From a virus: a DNA stretch of 64,000 bases. A program made the position numbers and the translations under genes. The stretch lies in the IMG/VR virus record IMGVR_UViG_3300036795_000241, positions 1 to 64,000 of that record, one strand, 5' to 3'. Positions 58,896 to 64,000 of this stretch are shown piece after piece. Below the pieces are notes generated by a model. It was not told where the DNA came from. It saw only the letters and a list, made by a program, of their open reading frames with translations, and did no database searches. Each line of letters starts with the position of its first letter. Position 1 is the stretch's first letter.

Positions 58896-59479
58896 TCGAC
58901 ACAGTTGAACTCGAGATCCCGGTTCATCTGGCCCCGGCAATAGCGATTCTCGTTAAGACCGCCGTGCAGAAAGGAAGCGACTACGCACGTGACGAGTGGA
59001 GCAGCAACTTCTCCGATACCGCCGACCACTTCGGCATCCCGCGTTACGAATCGTGCGACTTCAACGAGATTCAGAAGCTCGCACGGCTGAAGAGCCTTCG
59101 TACCGGCCGAAAGGTGCTCAACGAGTCCGTCGAAGACACGTACCGGGACAAGGCGCTTTACGCCATTCTCGCATACGTGCTGTATCTCGAAGAAGTGGCA
59201 GCTAGGCGCGGGGCCGAGAACGAAGAGAAGATGAGTGGCTTCCTCTATACCGAGGCGCCAAGCGAGTCCGTACTGGACGGGGAGCTCCCGTCCCGCGCGC
59301 AGGTGTCCACGCATATGCCGATCGAAGGTGACGGGGTCGACGCCTGGCTTCAGCGGATTCGTGGCGACTTCGATACCGATTCACCGCAGTACGCGCTGCT
59401 TACCGAGATGATGGCGAAGTATCAGCGGCGTGCGGAGGAGGGTAAGTCCCTTTCGGAACCGGTTATATATCCGACTTGA
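58892..59479 (+). CDS. Nucleotide-modification-associated domain protein (Nmad1/DUF1599-like)
   Basis: K..DY..NF..K..R..ES..D...D...YA.L pattern. Confidence 0.65.
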   Translation: MIDTVELEIPVHLAPAIAILVKTAVQKGSDYARDEWSSNFSDTADHFGIPRYESCDFNEIQKLARLKSLRTGRKVLNESVEDTYRDKALYAILAYVLYLEEVAARRGAENEEKMSGFLYTEAPSESVLDGELPSRAQVSTHMPIEGDGVDAWLQRIRGDFDTDSPQYALLTEMMAKYQRRAEEGKSLSEPVIYPT

Positions 59480-59505
59480 CAGGACCCGCGCCGGTGTGCT
59501 AGACT
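59476..59505 (+). promoter_or_regulatory. Housekeeping-sigma promoter
   Basis: TTGACA-18-TAGACT. Confidence 0.8.
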
Positions 59506-59522
59506 GGATGCTGTGAGAGGAG

Positions 59523-60251
59523 GTGGTCAAGGTGGCCGCAGATAACGCACTTGACCGCATTCAGAAGCTCCTGGCGAAGGCAGAGAGCCCCGCAGTTACG
59601 GAGCAAGAGGCCGAGTCCTTTCGGGACAAGGCCTTTGAGCTGGCTGCGAAGTACCGGATTGACCACGCTGAGCTTAAGGCGAAGGGCCAGGCGCCCTCGG
59701 AGAAGATCGTGAACCGGCGAATGCACGTGTCCCGCCCGTTTACGCAGATGATGCGCCTGGCCCTTATCGTGTTCGAGTCGAACGATTGTTCGCTCATCCG
59801 CATCAGCGGGACCAAGGACACGATACACGCATTCGGATACGAGAACGACATGGCGAAGGCCGAATTGCTGTTCACCTCGTTGCTGGTGCAGGGTGCCCGG
59901 TGGTGCGCACAGGACTACCGCGAGTACCGGTACGAAAGCGAGGAGCGGCGTTCGACATTCCGGCGAGGGTGGTGGACCGGATATGCGAACAAAGTGTACA
60001 AGCGACTGCAGGCAATTCAGCAGCGTGCGGAGAGCGAATCCGCCACACCCGGGACGGCAATCGTTCTGCGGGACCGCAAGCAGGACACGAATACCGCGAT
60101 GGTCAACCACTACTCCGGAGCGATCAGCCGCGGTCGGCGGACTAAGGGCGTGTCCAGTCACGGTGGATACCGAAGGGGATCGGAAGCCGGTGACCGGGCC
60201 GACCTGGGTGGGACGCGGATGGGGCCCTCCGCCCGCGGTGAGCTGGGCTGA
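59523..60251 (+). CDS. DUF2786 family protein
   Basis: RIQKLLAKAE..EA....KA..L..KY.ID N-terminus; own promoter. Confidence 0.85.
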   Translation: MVKVAADNALDRIQKLLAKAESPAVTEQEAESFRDKAFELAAKYRIDHAELKAKGQAPSEKIVNRRMHVSRPFTQMMRLALIVFESNDCSLIRISGTKDTIHAFGYENDMAKAELLFTSLLVQGARWCAQDYREYRYESEERRSTFRRGWWTGYANKVYKRLQAIQQRAESESATPGTAIVLRDRKQDTNTAMVNHYSGAISRGRRTKGVSSHGGYRRGSEAGDRADLGGTRMGPSARGELG

Positions 60252-60259
60252 TACCCCGC

Positions 60260-60288
60260 TTGACAGTCGCGGGAGGATCTGCTATACT
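60260..60288 (+). promoter_or_regulatory. Housekeeping-sigma promoter
   Basis: TTGACA-17-TATACT. Confidence 0.8.
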
Positions 60289-60749
60289 GGGTCCTGTGAG
60301 AGGAGCAGGGTCAGCCAGGGTGGCAGGACCCAACCGCGACATGGCAACAGTTCTCGGGACCAGGAACGCCGATGGAAGCGTCCAGATCGAGCGCGTGCTC
60401 ACCCCGACCGAGGTCAAGAGCCGGCGGGGAAGTGTGAGCGAGAAGCGCGTTACCAGGTACCAGCAGGGCCGTGGCCGTCGGACCCGGAGCGTGTACCAGG
60501 CAAGGGCACTGGGTTCCGGTCAGGGAGTGCTAGCCGCTCAGGACGCCGTGTTCACCGACAGCCCGCAGATCGACGAGTACCGGAGCGGGTTCCGGACCGC
60601 ATGAGCGAATACCACGAGGTGCCCGGCACATTCCGATGTGCCGGGTGCGGGCGGGAGCACGCCAGCCACACCCCGCCGGTACAGATTGACTTCGAGCTTT
60701 ACGCACCCGAGTGCGTTCCTGACAACTCCACCGCGACGGAGGGATAGCA

Positions 60750-61139
60750 ATGGCACGAAGGACGGTTGTGCGCCGAAAGGCCACCGGAAGCGTTACCGCA
60801 CGGACCGCGGCCAGGCGCGCGGCGCGGAGACAGACCGAAACGATCCAGGTCCGCGCGGCCCGGCGGGTTGGCGGTGATGAGCCGGAAAGCGTTACGCAGG
60901 CCCGCACGTGGGACCGCAAGTACCGCCGGTATCTCGTGGCCGGGCTGTGCCACCCGTGCGCCGCAAAGGCATCGTGGGGCCATTCGCTCGGATTCCAGAA
61001 GATCGATGACCCGTGCGCCAAGTGCCAGCCGATCGTGAACCAGTTCGCGACCCCCGGCCCCGAGGGTTCGAAGTGGCGTAAGGTCCTCGACAAGCTCGAG
61101 CGAAGCGTTACCCGTGAAGAGATGGAGGCGCTGCTTTGA
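60750..61139 (+). CDS. Basic Cys-containing hypothetical protein
   Basis: GGAGG RBS; CHPC and CAKC. Confidence 0.6.
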   Translation: MARRTVVRRKATGSVTARTAARRAARRQTETIQVRAARRVGGDEPESVTQARTWDRKYRRYLVAGLCHPCAAKASWGHSLGFQKIDDPCAKCQPIVNQFATPGPEGSKWRKVLDKLERSVTREEMEALL

Positions 61140-61842
61140 AGCTCGCAGAACCGGCGGGTAAGCGCGGTGACCGAGTGCGTAACGTGCATAGCAATCGCAC
61201 GGCAACCGTGGAGCGCGTATCCGCGAACACGACATTCGTTATCTACGATGACGAACCCGGCGTAGAATACGGCGGAACGCATAGTGCGTTTGAACCGCTT
61301 TCGCCGAAGTAGGAGGAGCCGCACCGCGCCCCGGTCCGCCGGGGCTTCCGGTGTCTCCGAAGGTAACGGGCTACACCCCGCCGCGCTACCTACGCGAAAC
61401 ACGTCGCCCGATCCGTGTCCGAAGTGCGGTGCACTGGCGAACGAGCCATGCACGTACACGCAGGACCGCACGCAGATTCACCGCGATCCCGCCACGTGGG
61501 ATTACGTGTGGAACGAGGGCGGTAAGCCGATGCAAATCATGCACCACGAACGACGGAGGAAAGCTATGACCGGATGCCCCGACCCGACGCCACGCCCGGA
61601 GGACGGACAGACGTACACCGATTATGTCCTTCGCACGACCGGGAAGCCGGCGGACGCGGATCTCGTTACGCCGCCGAACGACTCGGAAACGACAACGCGA
61701 CAGAAGGACAGCATCGCACACCAGCTAGTCGAACTCAGTTTCGACCCGCCGGCGTGGTTCGTAGCTAGCGCGTACCTGTCCGACCTAAAGGCGCTGCTCC
61801 GTTACGTCCAGCGGGCTCACCTGCGCAAGGAGGCAGCGGAGA

Positions 61843-62334
61843 ATGCTCGATAGCCGCGATCCCGCCTGGATCTTCGACATCGATGGCACGCTAGCGCATA
61901 ACCGCAGCGGACGTAACATCGTCGACTATACACGCGTTAGCGAGGACGAGCCCGACGAAGCGGTGTTCCGGATCTGCCAAGCCCTCGTCGACAAAGGCGA
62001 CACCGCGCTGTTCGTTACCGGTCGTGAGGACACGGAGCAGTGTCGACGCGATACCGAGCAGTTCCTGTACCTGAACCTCGACGTATTCGCGCTCGATCTC
62101 AGTCCGTATCTCTATATGCGCCCGGCAACCGAAAAGGATCGCTTCCGTAAAGGCGCCGAGCTCAAGCTCGAGATCTACCGCACGCAGATCGAACCGAAGT
62201 ACCGCGTTTTCGGCGTATTCGAAGATCTACCTACCGTGGTACACATGTGGCGCGAAGAGGCCGGGCTGTCCGTCTTCCAGTGCGCCTCAGTTCCTGAGCT
62301 CACTCCGGAGGAGGCGGCTAAGCGTGGACGATAG
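61843..62334 (+). CDS. HAD phosphatase (PNKP 3'-phosphatase-like)
   Basis: FDIDGTLA, VTGR, LYMRP, K and FED motifs. Confidence 0.85.
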   Translation: MLDSRDPAWIFDIDGTLAHNRSGRNIVDYTRVSEDEPDEAVFRICQALVDKGDTALFVTGREDTEQCRRDTEQFLYLNLDVFALDLSPYLYMRPATEKDRFRKGAELKLEIYRTQIEPKYRVFGVFEDLPTVVHMWREEAGLSVFQCASVPELTPEEAAKRGR

Positions 62335-62555
62335 CACATTCGGCGAATACGTACCGGGAAAAGGCGGCGGCTCGATTTCGTACAACGTGCAAGGGCTCCC
62401 CGACGGTCTCCCAGCCGGTACCTATGCGACCCGGGTGCTCAACGCACGATGGGTCGTGCGACGCGACGGCGTTCTCGACTGGGTTGTCGAGATGGAATTT
62501 GTCGGACCGGCAAAAGATGACGAGCCGTGTCTGTTTCCCTTGATCAAGACCGACG

Positions 62556-62680
62556 TGTCCGGAGGGAGTGATCATGGTGAGTGATGGCCATTCCACCAGG
62601 TTCTCATTTTAACCCGGCCTAGGGCATCCCAGGACCGGATGGCTATGTAGTATGCTGGCCCTGGGATGCCCATTTGACCC
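62556..62680 (-). repeat. Conserved 125-nt hairpin element, copy 2
   Basis: Inverted homologue of 40191-40316, at the point where + and - strand genes converge. Confidence 0.8.
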
Positions 62681-62682
62681 GG

Positions 62683-62895
62683 TTAGCCCTGGCCGGCCCA
62701 CTTCGTTAGCGGACCGCCGTTACCTGGTTCGCCTTCGCGCCAGCCGTGCCACCGGTCGCGCTCCACCGTTACGCCATTGAACGCATCGAGGCACGCGGTG
62801 AGAAAGCTAGCGAGGACGAAGTCGGGCGTATCGGATACGTTCTCGACGCTGTGCTTGTTGATGAGCTCCTCGAGCTCCTGCTTAAACGTCGCCAT
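62683..62895 (-). CDS. Small conserved phage protein
   Basis: LIN.HS.EN.SDTPDFVLA motif. Confidence 0.7.
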   Translation of the reverse strand: MATFKQELEELINKHSVENVSDTPDFVLASFLTACLDAFNGVTVERDRWHGWREGEPGNGGPLTKWAGQG

Positions 62896-63167
62896 CAGTA
62901 CGACAACGTTCCGTAGGTGACGACACTGCTCGCCGTATTAGCGGTCGAGATTCGAATACCGGATCCCGCCATGATCACGAGAGCGGTAATCGCGAGCAGG
63001 CTAAACGCGCCCTGCAGTAGCCCATTGAACCGATTCGGGCGCGCGTAAATCGGCGTGCGGTGCAGCGGGCGGTATCGCTTGGACTTCGTCTCGTCGCGAG
63101 TTCCGTAAAGGAAGATCGCACTTCCGATAGCGATGACGATTCCGCAGAGGGTCCAATATAGTGGCAT
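62895..63167 (-). CDS. Small membrane protein
   Basis: Two hydrophobic segments; GGAGG RBS. Confidence 0.6.
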   Translation of the reverse strand: MPLYWTLCGIVIAIGSAIFLYGTRDETKSKRYRPLHRTPIYARPNRFNGLLQGAFSLLAITALVIMAGSGIRISTANTASSVVTYGTLSY

Positions 63168-63178
63168 CGAACCCTCCC

Positions 63179-63817
63179 TTAGCAGCCGTCATACGGGGAC
63201 CAGTTGAACTGTCCGCCGCGCGCCATCGCGTTGGCGAACACCTGGTTCTGCTCCGCCGCGCTGGCGTGTCCGAAGTCGGCACCGTTACCGCCGTAAACGA
63301 CCCACGTGGAGTAGCTGAACTGGTATAGCCCGTAGTGACCGGTGGAGTTCATCACCTGCGTATTCCCGCCGGATTCCCGTGCGATAACGCAGGCCTGGAA
63401 GCCGCTGTAGTTACTCGGGTTCACGGTAGCCGCCGGAGCCTGAATCGCTTTCGCAACGGGCGCCGGTACGGGAGCGGGAGCCTTCGGCATCGAGGTAACC
63501 GTTCCGGTAAGGGACAGTGCCGTACCGGGATAGATCAGATTCGGGTTCGCGATCTTCGCCTGGTTGAGCGCCCACAGGTACTGCCACTTCGCCGAGCTGC
63601 CGAGCTGGTTCTGTGCAATTCTGCTCAGCGTGTCACCGCTTCGGATGACGTAGTTTGTCGCACTGGCTAGCTGCGTTGCGAAGTGTCGTATCGGGTGAGT
63701 CGGAGTCGTGTAATTCGCGGGAATCGCTTGGACGGTCGTGCTCCCAGTGAGTGCGAACGGAAGGAGCACGTTAGCCAGCGTGATTGCGGCTACGGCCATT
63801 AGGTAGAGCTTACGCAC
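63179..63817 (-). CDS. Secreted LysM + Rpf-like lytic transglycosylase
   Basis: Signal peptide; YVIRSGDTLSRIA..NPNLIYPG LysM; C..RESGGN..YGLYQF..TW..EQ..W..C Rpf-like domain. Confidence 0.88.
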   Translation of the reverse strand: MRKLYLMAVAAITLANVLLPFALTGSTTVQAIPANYTTPTHPIRHFATQLASATNYVIRSGDTLSRIAQNQLGSSAKWQYLWALNQAKIANPNLIYPGTALSLTGTVTSMPKAPAPVPAPVAKAIQAPAATVNPSNYSGFQACVIARESGGNTQVMNSTGHYGLYQFSYSTWVVYGGNGADFGHASAAEQNQVFANAMARGGQFNWSPYDGC

Positions 63818-64000
63818 GATGCTAACCTTCTGTGTGTGATGTCGCCCTAACGAAAGGGTAGCTTATGCTTCGGGGTCACGGAAGCTAAGCGTACCCGAGG
63901 GCACTGGACGAGGAGATGCTACGGGTTGAGGTGATAACCGATCGGGGCTGCGCCAGTGTCGGTACGGTGCAGCACCACGCTGTTAACGTCCTGCTTCGAT

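Noticed and set aside
60040-60055. Additional GCCACACCCGG box
   Set aside because: Inside the DUF2786 coding sequence and not at the fixed distance from a promoter; probably chance
63820-63920. c-di-AMP (ydaO) riboswitch ahead of the Rpf-like gene
   Set aside because: Too short, and the conserved GCUGAAUC/GGAACC/GGGGUGAA blocks are not present
1-64000. Integrase/repressor lysogeny module, tRNA genes, stop-codon recoding
   Set aside because: No recombinase motifs or tRNA cloverleafs were recognised, and core genes are uninterrupted in the standard code; the lifestyle cannot be settled because the genome extends beyond the window

Overview
This window is a large part of a GC-rich tailed dsDNA phage genome, probably from a siphovirus of Actinobacteria (DUF397-, MmpS-, Lsr2- and Rpf-like genes point to an actinomycete host). 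No integrase, tRNA or CRISPR array was seen. Bases 1-18.4 kb and 62.7-64 kb carry minus-strand late/virion genes: tape measure (cut by the window edge), tail chaperones, major tail, head-tail proteins, major capsid, a Mu-type protease/scaffold, four unusual low-complexity head-region genes, a MuF protein with a nuclease-like C-terminal extension, portal and terminase. Bases 18.5-62.6 kb are a plus-strand early/replication arm. It has 23 near-consensus TTGACA-N17/18-TANNNT promoters, many small genes, SNF2 and RecD/Dda-like helicases, a Cas4-like exonuclease, a primase-helicase followed by an iteron-rich origin candidate, a Sak4/SSB/RuvC recombination set, a 7-deazaguanine DNA-modification cluster (queD, queE, folE, TGT/DpdA-like, degenerate gat-queC) and a UDG-fused family A DNA polymerase. 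The most striking signals not explained by the gene list are non-coding. They are a variant-core type II hammerhead ribozyme, a hairpin whose loop is complementary to the RBS leader shared by several early genes, a promoter-driven two-domain structured RNA with an A/A'/A switch, a duplicated 125-nt element with compensatory base changes, and a pseudoknot in the SSB leader. Also notable is an apparent set of protease-processed, capsid-packaged cargo proteins that share motifs. All family assignments come from recognising motifs by eye; no searches or folding programs were run.
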